A DNA stretch of 64,000 nt from Chitinophagales bacterium (GCA_040383345.1 JBEIDU010000003.1:8336-72335); one strand, 5' to 3'. Counted from the stretch's first letter, positions 1 to 9,529 are shown. Program-made: numbers and translations. Notes: generated by a model not told the origin, from the sequence alone.

Positions 1-184
1 GAATGCGAAATAATTCATCTTCTAATAATTTATTGAGAACCAGTTGTAAACTTGACGCATCATAGGCACCTTTACTTTTAGTAATAATAAAAATACTCAA
101 TAAAATAAACATGGATAAGAGCCCCAAAATAAAGCTAGTAATAAATGATAACAATGAATGTTGTCTATTTTGGGAATGCTCCAT
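1..184 (-). CDS. partial CDS (5' end only, continues past the left edge); membrane-anchored protein of unknown function
   Basis: Not in the ORF track. A minus-strand ATG at 184-182 opens a stop-free 61-codon frame to position 1: MEHSQNRQHSLLSFITSFILGLLSMFILLSIFIITKSKGAYDASSLQLVLNKLLEDELFRI. It has one hydrophobic helix. A minus-strand TAGATTTG box lies at 214-221. Confidence 0.4.
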   Translation of the reverse strand, partial: MEHSQNRQHSLLSFITSFILGLLSMFILLSIFIITKSKGAYDASSLQLVLNKLLEDELFRI

Positions 185-205
185 GTCGTTTTAAAATAAT
201 TTATA

Positions 206-213
206 TAATTTTG
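206..213 (+). promoter_or_regulatory. -7 promoter box (TAnnTTTG) for dusB
   Basis: TAATTTTG. The G lies 7 nt before ATG 221, implying an almost leaderless mRNA. Confidence 0.5.
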
Positions 214-221
214 CAAATCTA
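214..221 (-). promoter_or_regulatory. -7 promoter box for the partial minus-strand CDS at 1-184
   Basis: Plus-strand caaatcta is TAGATTTG on the minus strand. It directly abuts the dusB box (back to back). Confidence 0.4.
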
Positions 222-1237
222 TGATAAAAATTGGAAATGAAGAGATTGGAGTTTTTCCATTATTATTAGCGCCCATGGAAGACGTGAGTGATCCTCCTTT
301 CCGTGCCTTGTGCAAAGAGTTTGGAGCCGATCTAATGTATACCGAGTTTATCTCTACAGATGGATTGGTTCGCAATGCAGAAAAAAGTGTTCAAAAGCTG
401 GATATATATGACTATGAGCGCCCTATTGGGATTCAGATTTTTGGAAGTGATTTTGAAGCAATGAAATATTCTGCTATAATTGTAGAAAAACATAAACCTA
501 CTTTATTGGATATCAATTATGGCTGTCCTGTTAAAAAAGTGGTGTCAAGAGAAGCTGGAGCGGGTATTTTGAAAAATATCCCTAAAATGATTGCATTGAC
601 AAAAGCGGTAATCGAATCTACTACATTGCCCGTTACGGTCAAAACAAGATTGGGATGGGATTCAGAGACTATAAATATAGAAGAAGTAGCCGAAAGACTT
701 CAGGATATTGGCGTACAAGCCTTGTCAATACATGCTCGAACTCGAACTCAAATGTACAAAGGACATAGTGATTGGAGCTGGATATCCAAAGTAAAGAATA
801 ATCCTAGAATTCATATTCCCATTTTTGGCAATGGGGATATAGATAGTGCAGAAAAAGCTTACGAATATAAAAACACGTATGATGTAGACGGAATCATGAT
901 TGGTAGAGCAGCTATAGGATATCCATGGATTTTTAGGGAAATAAAACACTATTTTGCTACGGGAGAATTGATGGCGCCTCCTACAGTGGAAGAGCGAGTA
1001 TATGCAGCCCGTACGCATTTAAAGCACTCTATTACTTGGAAAGGGAATAATCTAGGAATATTGGAAATGAGAAGACATTATGCTTCATATTTCAAAGGAT
1101 TGCCCGATATAAAAGAATTTAGAGCAAGACTTACCAATTCTATGATTTTTGAAGAACTAGATGGGATTTTAAATGAAATACAGACTAAATATGCGGGATT
1201 CGATTTTCAAAAACCTCTGGAAATGAAACAAATTTAG
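221..1237 (+). CDS. dusB: tRNA-dihydrouridine synthase (DusB-like)
   Basis: 338 aa. The N-terminus MIKIGN...LLLAPMEDVSDPPFRALC and the blocks NYGCP, VKTRLGW and HARTR are typical of the Dus FMN TIM-barrel family. Confidence 0.93.
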   Translation: MIKIGNEEIGVFPLLLAPMEDVSDPPFRALCKEFGADLMYTEFISTDGLVRNAEKSVQKLDIYDYERPIGIQIFGSDFEAMKYSAIIVEKHKPTLLDINYGCPVKKVVSREAGAGILKNIPKMIALTKAVIESTTLPVTVKTRLGWDSETINIEEVAERLQDIGVQALSIHARTRTQMYKGHSDWSWISKVKNNPRIHIPIFGNGDIDSAEKAYEYKNTYDVDGIMIGRAAIGYPWIFREIKHYFATGELMAPPTVEERVYAARTHLKHSITWKGNNLGILEMRRHYASYFKGLPDIKEFRARLTNSMIFEELDGILNEIQTKYAGFDFQKPLEMKQI

Positions 1238-1285
1238 ATTTTTAATTATAATAAAATATATACTTTTACCAAAATTTTATCAAAT

Positions 1286-3199
1286 ATGAAACATAAACTA
1301 ATACTGCTTTTTGTCATGTCTATTTCTTTAAATATATTCTCACAAGATTATAAAGTTAACTGGAGTGAAGAGGTTAAAGGAGACAAATTACCTCAGTTTG
1401 CAGCTACAAATAGCAAAGGGGAAATAATTACAATTGGCATAAAAAAAATAGGGAAGTCAATAAAAAAGTTAAAAATCAAAAGATATGATAAAAATTTAAA
1501 GCTACTTGAAACTGTAGAGCAAAAAGATTGGGAAAGTAGTAATTGGAAAGCAAAAGACTATGTTTTAGATGGGATGATGCAAGTTGGAGATAAGATTTAT
1601 TGTATTTTATACAAGAAAGAAAAAAAACAATATTTTGTTTTTAAAAATGAGTTAACTAAGGATTTAAGAGCATCAGACAAAATTGAACAAATTGGCACCT
1701 TCAAACATACTTCCGCTAAAATCGATGCATTAGCACTTGCTTTTGGAACTTTTATGCTAACGCCTTCTAATAATGCTATTCGTTATAATTTTTCAAAGGA
1801 TAAAAGCAAAATTATTCTTTATAATTATTTTGATCAAGATAAACAAAAATATGTTAGCATTGCTTGTTTTGACAATAATTTTGATAAAATATGGTCAAAA
1901 GATGTAAATTTAAAGTTAAACGATAGAGACGTTGATGTAAATAACACGGTAATATCAAATCAGGGAAATGTATATATTAATTATGAAAAAACAACCAAAA
2001 AAGGTATTTTTGGAGGTACGCTAGATTATGAAAATCATATTTTACAGATTTCAAACAATGGAGAGAATATAAAAAATATCAACCTGGATTTTTCACCAAC
2101 CGTTCATCCTCATAAAGTATATATAGATAATAATGAATATACGGAAACCCTAAATGTAATGGGGCTCTACAGCAATAAAAAAAGTAGAACTAAAATAAAT
2201 GGAATCGTAAATGTAGTAATCGATGAAAAGACCTTGGAATTAAAAGCCAAGAATATCACAAAGTTTACAGATGAAGAATATAAATATTTTTTTAATAGCG
2301 ACAAGAAAGCTGAAAAAAAAGCAGATAAAGATAAAGGATTTGATAATAACATGGTAATTTTGGGTCAATATGCTATGTCTGACGGAGGCACACTATATTT
2401 GACAGAAGAGTATGAAGTAACATCTTATACGGATGGTAGGAGAACATATTATGAGTATTATTATGGTAAAATATTAATTGTTAAATCTGATGAGCAAGGA
2501 AATATTGAATGGACAAAAGTATTAAATCGAAGTCAAGGTCCATATAGATCGTATGCATTGCCTTATATGGGCTCATATTCATTTATGTTAGACGATAAAG
2601 TCTATCTTTTATTTAATGACAGTGAAAAGAATATTATGCTTCAAGAAAAAAATGAGGGAACAAATAGTAAAAAATCAAAAGGAACAGGTAATATCAAGAA
2701 AGCTATGGCGGTACTAAAGGTTATTGAAACGGATGGGAATATAAAAAGTGATAAAATCTTGGATGGAAAAGAAGAAGATGTAATTTTTAATACAACGTAC
2801 TCATTAAAATTAAATGAACAACAGTTGCTTCTTTTTGCCAATAAGAAAAAGTTAACCAAAGTAGGATCTCTTTTTGTAAAAGAATTGAACGAACCGCTTA
2901 AATATAATCCAAAAAAAGGCATCAATCCTGAATCTATTATTAAGACAGAAGACAATGTTCAAAAAGGTGAAGAAAAATCACAGGATCCATCTATCATTCC
3001 ATCTACTCCAAAATTAGATAATAGCGCATCAACAACTTCATCTTCGGCAACACCTGAGGTGAAAACTCCTCCGGTAGAAGCTCCAAAACCTGTCTATACT
3101 CCTTCTTCGGTATCTCCTGGTAGAAAAGCTACAGATGCAGAATTAGATTTCTTTAATCAATTACGCGATAAGCAGCCAGCTGCTGAACCTGAGAAATAG
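1286..3199 (+). CDS. secreted hypothetical protein with a Pro/Ser/Thr-rich C-terminal tail
   Basis: 637 aa. Signal peptide MKHKLILLFVMSISLNIFSQ, then a long Asn/Lys/Tyr-rich body, probably beta-rich. The last ~90 aa are low-complexity (SASTTSSSATPEVKTPPVEAPKPVYTPSS). I recognise no catalytic motif. Confidence 0.7.
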   Translation: MKHKLILLFVMSISLNIFSQDYKVNWSEEVKGDKLPQFAATNSKGEIITIGIKKIGKSIKKLKIKRYDKNLKLLETVEQKDWESSNWKAKDYVLDGMMQVGDKIYCILYKKEKKQYFVFKNELTKDLRASDKIEQIGTFKHTSAKIDALALAFGTFMLTPSNNAIRYNFSKDKSKIILYNYFDQDKQKYVSIACFDNNFDKIWSKDVNLKLNDRDVDVNNTVISNQGNVYINYEKTTKKGIFGGTLDYENHILQISNNGENIKNINLDFSPTVHPHKVYIDNNEYTETLNVMGLYSNKKSRTKINGIVNVVIDEKTLELKAKNITKFTDEEYKYFFNSDKKAEKKADKDKGFDNNMVILGQYAMSDGGTLYLTEEYEVTSYTDGRRTYYEYYYGKILIVKSDEQGNIEWTKVLNRSQGPYRSYALPYMGSYSFMLDDKVYLLFNDSEKNIMLQEKNEGTNSKKSKGTGNIKKAMAVLKVIETDGNIKSDKILDGKEEDVIFNTTYSLKLNEQQLLLFANKKKLTKVGSLFVKELNEPLKYNPKKGINPESIIKTEDNVQKGEEKSQDPSIIPSTPKLDNSASTTSSSATPEVKTPPVEAPKPVYTPSSVSPGRKATDAELDFFNQLRDKQPAAEPEK

Positions 3200-3219
3200 T
3201 AAACAATTATTACGAATAT

Positions 3220-3255
3220 AAAAAAAAGCCTCAATCATTGATTGAGGCTTTTTTA
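3220..3255. terminator. bidirectional intrinsic terminator between convergent genes
   Basis: Perfect 9-bp stem agcctcaat (3227-3235) / attgaggct (3241-3249) with a 5-nt loop. It has an A7 run on the left and a T6 run on the right, so it reads as hairpin plus U-tract on both strands. Confidence 0.75.
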
Positions 3256-3276
3256 TTGTTGATAAAAAGGGAAATT

Positions 3277-4401
3277 CTATAGATTTCCTCTTCTTTCTTG
3301 TTCCCTCTCAATAGACTCAAACAACGCTTTGAAATTTCCTTTCCCAAAAGATTTTGCTCCGCATCTTTGTATAATTTCATAGAATAAGGTAGGTCTATCT
3401 TCTACTGGTTTTGTAAAAATTTGCAATAAATATCCTTCCTCATCTCTATCTATCAATATGTTCAATGCTTTCAACTTCATCAAATCTTCATTGATATGTC
3501 CAACTCTATCCATTACATCATCATAATATGTATCGGGCACATATAAGAATTCTACACCTCTTTTTCTCAATTCACCCACTGTATGAATTATGTCATCAGT
3601 AGCAATAGCTATATGTTGACATCCTGCTCCTTTATAAAAATCTATATATTCTTCTATTTGTGATTTTTTCTTTCCTTCTGCAGGCTCATTTATAGGAAAT
3701 TTGATATATCCATTGCCATTACTTACTACTTTACTCATCAGTGCAGTATACTCTGTAGAAATATCTTTATCGTCAAATGTGAGTAGAAGACCAAATCCCA
3801 TAACTTTTTCATAGAATTCTACCCAATCATTCATCTTTCCTAATTCTACATTTCCCACACAATGGTCAACAAATTTTAGCCCAATTGGTTCAATTTTAAA
3901 TAAGCTATTTGCAGGTTGAAATCCAGGTAAAAATGCACCCTTATAATTTTTTCTTTCTACAAATGTATGAATGGTATCTCCATAGGTCTTGATAGCTGAA
4001 ATTACAACTTCTCCATGTTCATCTGTTAATTTCTTTGGAGCAATTACGCCTACAGCGCCACGTTTTGTGGTCTCTTCATAGCTTTTTGTAGCATCATCTA
4101 CCCATAATGAAAGTGATTTTACACCATCTCCATGTAATTTTACGAATTCAGAAATATCACTATTTGGATCCAAACTCGTAGTCAATACCAAAACAATCTT
4201 ATTTTGTTTCAATACATATGAAGCTCTATCTTTTACACCCGTTTCTGGACCAGCATATGCTATTAATTCAAATCCGAAAGCAGCTTGATAATAATATGCA
4301 GATTGCTTTGCATTCCCTACGTAGAATTCAATATGATCCGTCCCATTCAAGGGCAAAAAATCTTGAGCAGAATCTACTATTTTTTGTGCGGTTGTACTCA
4401 T
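3277..4401 (-). CDS. hppD: 4-hydroxyphenylpyruvate dioxygenase
   Basis: 374 aa with two VOC-fold halves. N-terminal DHIEFYVGNAKQSAYYY and C-terminal FYEIIQRCGAKSFGKGNFKALFESIEREQ are characteristic of HPPD. Confidence 0.93.
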   Translation of the reverse strand: MSTTAQKIVDSAQDFLPLNGTDHIEFYVGNAKQSAYYYQAAFGFELIAYAGPETGVKDRASYVLKQNKIVLVLTTSLDPNSDISEFVKLHGDGVKSLSLWVDDATKSYEETTKRGAVGVIAPKKLTDEHGEVVISAIKTYGDTIHTFVERKNYKGAFLPGFQPANSLFKIEPIGLKFVDHCVGNVELGKMNDWVEFYEKVMGFGLLLTFDDKDISTEYTALMSKVVSNGNGYIKFPINEPAEGKKKSQIEEYIDFYKGAGCQHIAIATDDIIHTVGELRKRGVEFLYVPDTYYDDVMDRVGHINEDLMKLKALNILIDRDEEGYLLQIFTKPVEDRPTLFYEIIQRCGAKSFGKGNFKALFESIEREQERRGNL

Positions 4402-4421
4402 TTTTAAATAATTTTATGCCG

Positions 4422-4429
4422 CAAAGGTA
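4422..4429 (-). promoter_or_regulatory. -7 promoter box for hppD
   Basis: Plus-strand caaaggta is TACCTTTG on the minus strand, about 20 nt upstream of the start at 4401. Confidence 0.55.
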
Positions 4430-4482
4430 ATGATTTTTGAACAAAAAAAATCAAAATTCAAAGGGTTTCAGTTTAAAAAAAT

Positions 4483-4490
4483 TATCTTTG
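4483..4490 (+). promoter_or_regulatory. -7 promoter box for the lipid kinase-truA unit
   Basis: TATCTTTG, 46 nt upstream of GTG 4537. Confidence 0.5.
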
Positions 4491-4536
4491 TCCTGTTTTA
4501 ATTCATATATAGAGTGTCAAAAATATAACCCAGCAC

Positions 4537-5412
4537 GTGAAAAAGATTTTATTTGTTGTTAATAATTTATCCGGAACAGTTCTTCAGTACAATATTAAAA
4601 AAATTATTGAACTCAATTTAGATACAGATCTATTTGAATATCAACTATTTTATATAGATGATAATACAAATACGGAAGCATATGAAGCATTATTCCTAAA
4701 AAACTATGACATAATTATCTCAGTAGGAGGCGATGGCACCTTACTTGAAATAGGCCAAAAGATTATAGATAAGCCTACTATGTTAGGTATTATTCCAATT
4801 GGTAGTGGGAATGGATTGGCTACACATCTTGGCTATATTCCACGAAATATAGATGGTGCATTTACAGCTATCAATAATATGAAAACAATAGAAATAGATG
4901 TAGCAAAATTGAATGATGATTATTTTTTTAGTAATTTTGGGTATGGACTGGATGCTAAAATTGCTAAAGATTTCAAAGTGATGAAAAAAAGAAATTTATT
5001 TGTGTACACATGGCTCACCATGCGTCATTTGTTTAATCTCAAAACACGAAAAATCAGATATGCTCTGGCAGGAAAAGAATATACTGTCAATACGATATTG
5101 TTTAATGTATTTAATTCAAATCTATTTGGGTATAATGTAGGTCTTATTCCATGGGCTAGTGCTTTTGATGGAAAATTAGACTTAGTGTATCTTGAAAAAT
5201 TCCCTATTTGGAAAATGCCTTATATTTCTTTTTGCATTTTGATCAAAAAACCAAATTGGGTTAAAGAAATGCACTATCATACTATTGATGAAATTTATAT
5301 CTTTAATGACAAAGAAAAGATAAATTATCAGATAGATGGCGACCCAAAAAGAACTAATGAGGATATTTTTATCAAAGTCTTGCCAAAAAAATTAAAAGTA
5401 ATTGTCCCATAG
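4537..5412 (+). CDS. diacylglycerol/lipid kinase family protein (YegS/BmrU-like)
   Basis: 291 aa with a GTG start. The DAGK catalytic-domain motifs VGGDGTLLE and GIIPIGSGNGLA are present. Confidence 0.85.
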   Translation: MKKILFVVNNLSGTVLQYNIKKIIELNLDTDLFEYQLFYIDDNTNTEAYEALFLKNYDIIISVGGDGTLLEIGQKIIDKPTMLGIIPIGSGNGLATHLGYIPRNIDGAFTAINNMKTIEIDVAKLNDDYFFSNFGYGLDAKIAKDFKVMKKRNLFVYTWLTMRHLFNLKTRKIRYALAGKEYTVNTILFNVFNSNLFGYNVGLIPWASAFDGKLDLVYLEKFPIWKMPYISFCILIKKPNWVKEMHYHTIDEIYIFNDKEKINYQIDGDPKRTNEDIFIKVLPKKLKVIVP

Positions 5413-5415
5413 ATA

Positions 5416-6180
5416 ATGGAAGAAGTACAATATAGACGCTATTTTATAAGACTTTCATACGATGGCACTAATTTTTGTGGTTGGCAATTTCAAAAAAATA
5501 ATGAAAGTGTTCAAGAATCCATTGAAAAAGTATTGACCCTATTATGCAAAACGCCACAAAAAATACTCGGTTGTGGACGAACTGATACGGGTGTTCATGC
5601 CGATGACTTTTACGCACATTGGGACTATCCTTTTGATTTGCCAGAAAAATTGATGATGAAAATGAATACGTTATTACCTCGAAGCATAGCTATTAAAGAG
5701 ATATTTGAAGTGTCTAAAGAAGCTCATGCTCGATTTGATGCTACGATTCGTAAATATCATTATTTTATTCACGTAAGCAAAAATCCATTTAAAAGATTGT
5801 ATAGTTATGAATATTTATATCATGAACTGGATTATGAATTGATGCAAAAAGTAGCTGCAAAACTTTTGGATTACAATGAGTTTTTGCCATTGATTAAATT
5901 AGATAAAGAGCATAAAAAAACTAAATGCAACTTATTTACATCGGAGTTAATTCAATTGTCTGAAACAGAATGGCGATATGAAGTTAGCGCTAATCGTTTC
6001 CTACACAATATGGTTCGTCGAATTGTAGGTACAATGCTTTTGGTAGGAAGGAATAAGCTTTCTTTTGAAGAATTTGTGTATGCTATGGACACTCAAACCG
6101 ATATGAAATATATACAACTAGCACCTTCTAATGGGCTTCATTTAGTGGATATTACATATCCTTTTTTATTTGAAAAATAA
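5416..6180 (+). CDS. truA: tRNA pseudouridine(38-40) synthase
   Basis: 254 aa. It has the catalytic-Asp motif GCGRTDTGVHA and FLHNMVRRIVG. The gap to the upstream gene is 3 nt. Confidence 0.93.
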   Translation: MEEVQYRRYFIRLSYDGTNFCGWQFQKNNESVQESIEKVLTLLCKTPQKILGCGRTDTGVHADDFYAHWDYPFDLPEKLMMKMNTLLPRSIAIKEIFEVSKEAHARFDATIRKYHYFIHVSKNPFKRLYSYEYLYHELDYELMQKVAAKLLDYNEFLPLIKLDKEHKKTKCNLFTSELIQLSETEWRYEVSANRFLHNMVRRIVGTMLLVGRNKLSFEEFVYAMDTQTDMKYIQLAPSNGLHLVDITYPFLFEK

Positions 6181-6251
6181 GTAGAAAACCTATTGTAAGT
6201 TATCTTTTTTATCAAATTTATATTTTCATTTTTTCTTTATATTAAATAAAG

Positions 6252-6259
6252 TACTTTTG
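6252..6259 (+). promoter_or_regulatory. -7 promoter box for the ABC exporter
   Basis: TACTTTTG. The G lies 7 nt before ATG 6267, the same near-leaderless geometry as dusB. Confidence 0.5.
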
Positions 6260-6266
6260 CAGCTTC

Positions 6267-7991
6267 ATGGAATCGACCTTATATCAAAAAATTTTAAGAG
6301 AAATAGTTCCCTTTAAAAAATGGTTTATTTTAGCTGTTTTTTTAGCTGTAATTATATCTTTTTTAGCGCCAGTTCGGCCATTTTTTATTCAGTATATTAT
6401 TGATCATGATATTTTGAATCATGATAAAAAGAGCTTATTTACTCATGCTTTATACCTTTTTTTATTATTAACGTTAGAATCGTTATTGCGGTATTTTTTT
6501 ATTTATATTACTGCTTGGTTTAGCCAAAATATTGTTCATGATATTCGAAAACGAGTTTTTGAAAAATTAACGCATATTCATATACAGTTTTTTGATAAAA
6601 CACCCATTGGTACGCTTACTACACGAACCATAAATGATACTGAAACCATAAACGAAGTATATTCTGAGAATTTCTTTACCATTATTTCAGATTTTCTAAC
6701 CATTATTTTTGTTTTGGGAATTATGCTTTATACCGATATCAAATTGACATTGATATCCCTTGTAACATTGCCACTTTTGTATTGGGCTACTTATATTTTT
6801 AAGGAACGTGTTAAATCCGTTAATCAAAAAATTCGTGATAAAATTAGCGAATTCAATGGATTTACACAAGAGCATTTATCGGGTATCAAATTGACTAAAT
6901 CGTTTCATGCTGAAGAAATTGAAATGAAAAAATTTGAATCCATAAACAATGATTACACCGCGCTGAATATCAAGGCTATTTGGTATTATAGCTGGTTTTT
7001 CCCCGTTTTGGAAACCTTGATTGCTATAAGTATAGGATTGGTAGTAGCGGGAGTTTCATTATTTAGTTTCAGCGATAGTCATTATAGTGCTGGAATGATT
7101 TCGGCTTTTATTTTATATTTGAATATGCTCTTTAGACCTATGCGATTTTTGGCTGATAAGTTCAATCAACTTCAAATGGGCTTTGTGGCTTGCGAGCGAG
7201 TATTTAAATTGTTGGAAACGCCATCGATGGAACAAGATAATGGTGCCGAATTATTAAAATCTGTGCATGGCAAAATAGTGTTTAAAGATGTGGAATTTAG
7301 TTATTTGCCCGAACAAAAAATTCTTCATGGAATTAGTTTTAATATAGAAGCTGGAAAGTCATTGGCTATTGTAGGCGCTACGGGAAGTGGGAAGACGAGT
7401 ATTATCAATATTCTCAATCGTTTTTATCCTATTGAAAAAGGAGAAATTCTTCTCGATGATATCAATATAAATAAATATACCATTGCGTCGCTTCGAAGTC
7501 ATATTGGTATGGTATTGCAAGATGTATTTTTGTTTTCAGGTTCAATTTTGGATAATATCCGTTTGGAAAATCATAATTTTACCAAAGAAGATGCTATGAA
7601 ATTAGCTGCTGAATTGGAAATTGATGATTTTTTCAAACAATTACCTCAAGGGTTTGATTATGAAATTATTGAGCGAGGCAATAGTCTTTCGCATGGTCAG
7701 CGTCAAGTGATTTCATTTTTTAGAGCTATTGTTAAAAATCCATCTATTCTTGTACTTGATGAGGCTACATCTTCTATAGACTCAAATACAGAATATTATA
7801 TCCAAAAATTGATTCCAAAAATCATTAAGAATAAAACCTCCATCATTATTGCACATAGATTATCTACGATTATGTCTGCCGATAAAATTTTGGTGCTAAA
7901 CAAAGGAGTCATAGTAGGAGAAGGAACACATGAGCAACTCTTAGCCTCAAATGCTCATTATCAAAAATATTTTACAGAGCTAGAAAATTAG
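6267..7991 (+). CDS. ABC transporter, fused permease/ATP-binding protein (MsbA-type exporter family)
   Basis: 574 aa. An N-terminal six-helix membrane domain is followed by an NBD with Walker A GATGSGKTS, signature LSHGQRQ and Walker B ILVLDEATS. Confidence 0.9.
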   Translation: MESTLYQKILREIVPFKKWFILAVFLAVIISFLAPVRPFFIQYIIDHDILNHDKKSLFTHALYLFLLLTLESLLRYFFIYITAWFSQNIVHDIRKRVFEKLTHIHIQFFDKTPIGTLTTRTINDTETINEVYSENFFTIISDFLTIIFVLGIMLYTDIKLTLISLVTLPLLYWATYIFKERVKSVNQKIRDKISEFNGFTQEHLSGIKLTKSFHAEEIEMKKFESINNDYTALNIKAIWYYSWFFPVLETLIAISIGLVVAGVSLFSFSDSHYSAGMISAFILYLNMLFRPMRFLADKFNQLQMGFVACERVFKLLETPSMEQDNGAELLKSVHGKIVFKDVEFSYLPEQKILHGISFNIEAGKSLAIVGATGSGKTSIINILNRFYPIEKGEILLDDININKYTIASLRSHIGMVLQDVFLFSGSILDNIRLENHNFTKEDAMKLAAELEIDDFFKQLPQGFDYEIIERGNSLSHGQRQVISFFRAIVKNPSILVLDEATSSIDSNTEYYIQKLIPKIIKNKTSIIIAHRLSTIMSADKILVLNKGVIVGEGTHEQLLASNAHYQKYFTELEN

Positions 7992-8023
7992 TTGCAATTA
8001 AGGATTAATTTAAAGAAATAAGA

Positions 8024-9403
8024 TTATTCTTCTCCGTTGAATTGTCTCCAATGCCACATATTTATAACGGTACCATTTTCTATTTTCATAATGCCTGGAT
8101 TACTGCGAATCATAGTTTTGAGTGCCGTTTCGTCCGCAGATAGGTATATAAAATCACTTCCCATTTCTTTTTTCAAAGTTTCATCTTGCATTGGCAAAAG
8201 CATATAGGTTTTGATACCTTTTGCTTTCATTTTTTTAGCAAATGGCGCTATTTTCTCCTTCAATGCCTCGCGATTTGTTTTAGCCAATTTGCTACATACA
8301 ATCCAGTAGGTCACTTGAGTTTCGTTAAGCAAATCTTGTGTAATATCGGCATCTTGGTCATTTGTAAGTCTTAGGTTTTTTATAGGCGCCAAAATTCCTT
8401 CGTCAATGACTTTGTCCAATCTATCCGCATATTGCCAAATAGTATCGGTAGGCAATTCATTGATTCCAAATTCTTTTTTCTCTCCTGTTTGAGTGTTTTT
8501 GTATATCAATATATTTTCAATGATAGCAGGTTTTTCATCTATCATTTTATCTTTGATATTATTCCCAATGGCATATGGTCGAAAATCTACAATAGGCAAG
8601 GTCCATACAAAATTATATAGACAGAAAATGAGAGCCAATCCTGTTCCAGCTCCAGTAATACTATCTTGAATTTTAGAGTTAAATACAGGTTTAATATCAT
8701 TTTTGTACCAAACTAAAAATAAGGACAAAATAGTGAGTAAAATATCTTTATAAAATGTTACCCACGGTTTTAGTTTCATAAAATCACCAAAACAACCACA
8801 ATCTGTTACTTTCATTTTTGTAGCAGTAAATTCACAAGCAAGACAGCTTCCACTCATTTTGCAATAACCCAAAAATCCAATAAATAAAAATAAAGAAAGC
8901 GAAAGAGCTTGTCTTCTTTTGGTGTCATTATTTAGGAGACTGCTGATAAGTATTAAAACAAATAAAAATAAGGGAACTAATATCCCCATTTTTGTAATAC
9001 AATGTCCAGAAAGGTATGAATATCCTGTAAGGAAAAGGAAAAATATATTGATCGCTAGCATCCCAAAAGTAGATAATATAGCACGCCATCCAATCAATAT
9101 TGCTATTCCTAATGCTATTTCAAACACAATCATACTTACGGAAAATATTACATCGAATTCTTCCATTTTATACCAAAAATCGGCCATGCCATCTTGCGCA
9201 AAACTGCCAAAATAATCGTGCAATTTATAAGCCGTACCAAGAGGGTCAATGGCTTTGACTATTCCAGAAAAAATAAATAAAAGTCCCAAAAATGTTTGTA
9301 CAAACGTAAGAAAAATACCATTTGCTTTTTGTTTAAATAATCTAAATCCTACTATGAATGCAGATACAATGGAGATTGCTATAAATAATTTTTCTACTGT
9401 CAT
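8024..9403 (-). CDS. DoxX/MauE-family membrane protein fused to a C-terminal thioredoxin-fold (TlpA-like) domain
   Basis: 459 aa with about 7 hydrophobic helices. The MauE-type motif DCGCFGDF is present. The C-terminal ~180 aa have a thioredoxin-fold pattern (VTYWIVCSKLAKTNREALKEKIAPFAKKMKAKGIKTYMLL ... RSNPGIMKIENGTVINMW). Confidence 0.7.
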   Translation of the reverse strand: MTVEKLFIAISIVSAFIVGFRLFKQKANGIFLTFVQTFLGLLFIFSGIVKAIDPLGTAYKLHDYFGSFAQDGMADFWYKMEEFDVIFSVSMIVFEIALGIAILIGWRAILSTFGMLAINIFFLFLTGYSYLSGHCITKMGILVPLFLFVLILISSLLNNDTKRRQALSLSLFLFIGFLGYCKMSGSCLACEFTATKMKVTDCGCFGDFMKLKPWVTFYKDILLTILSLFLVWYKNDIKPVFNSKIQDSITGAGTGLALIFCLYNFVWTLPIVDFRPYAIGNNIKDKMIDEKPAIIENILIYKNTQTGEKKEFGINELPTDTIWQYADRLDKVIDEGILAPIKNLRLTNDQDADITQDLLNETQVTYWIVCSKLAKTNREALKEKIAPFAKKMKAKGIKTYMLLPMQDETLKKEMGSDFIYLSADETALKTMIRSNPGIMKIENGTVINMWHWRQFNGEE

Positions 9404-9529
9404 TTTTTTAATTTTTTTGGTATGTGCAAATATCTAATTTTTAATCCTATTTTTATTAAAAAATTGATTTTTTTTATCTTTTTTATAGAAACTATTTTAA
9501 ATAGCATCTTGTTTTATTTTCAAATAGTT

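Noticed and set aside
97-375. 92-aa minus-strand ORF overlapping the dusB 5' end.
   Set aside because: It overlaps a confidently identified gene and has no protein-like features. The real minus-strand frame at the left edge is a different one (ATG at 184).
1430-1453. GIKKIGKS in the 637-aa protein matches the Walker A pattern GxxxxGK[ST].
   Set aside because: It lies about 30 residues after a signal peptide in a Lys-rich stretch, with no Walker B or other NTPase features. It is most likely a chance match.
3277-4401. hppD without an adjacent homogentisate dioxygenase gene (a possible pyomelanin producer), and the TDH-like gene (19425-20360) without an adjacent kbl.
   Set aside because: The partner genes may lie anywhere else in the genome, so nothing can be concluded from this window.
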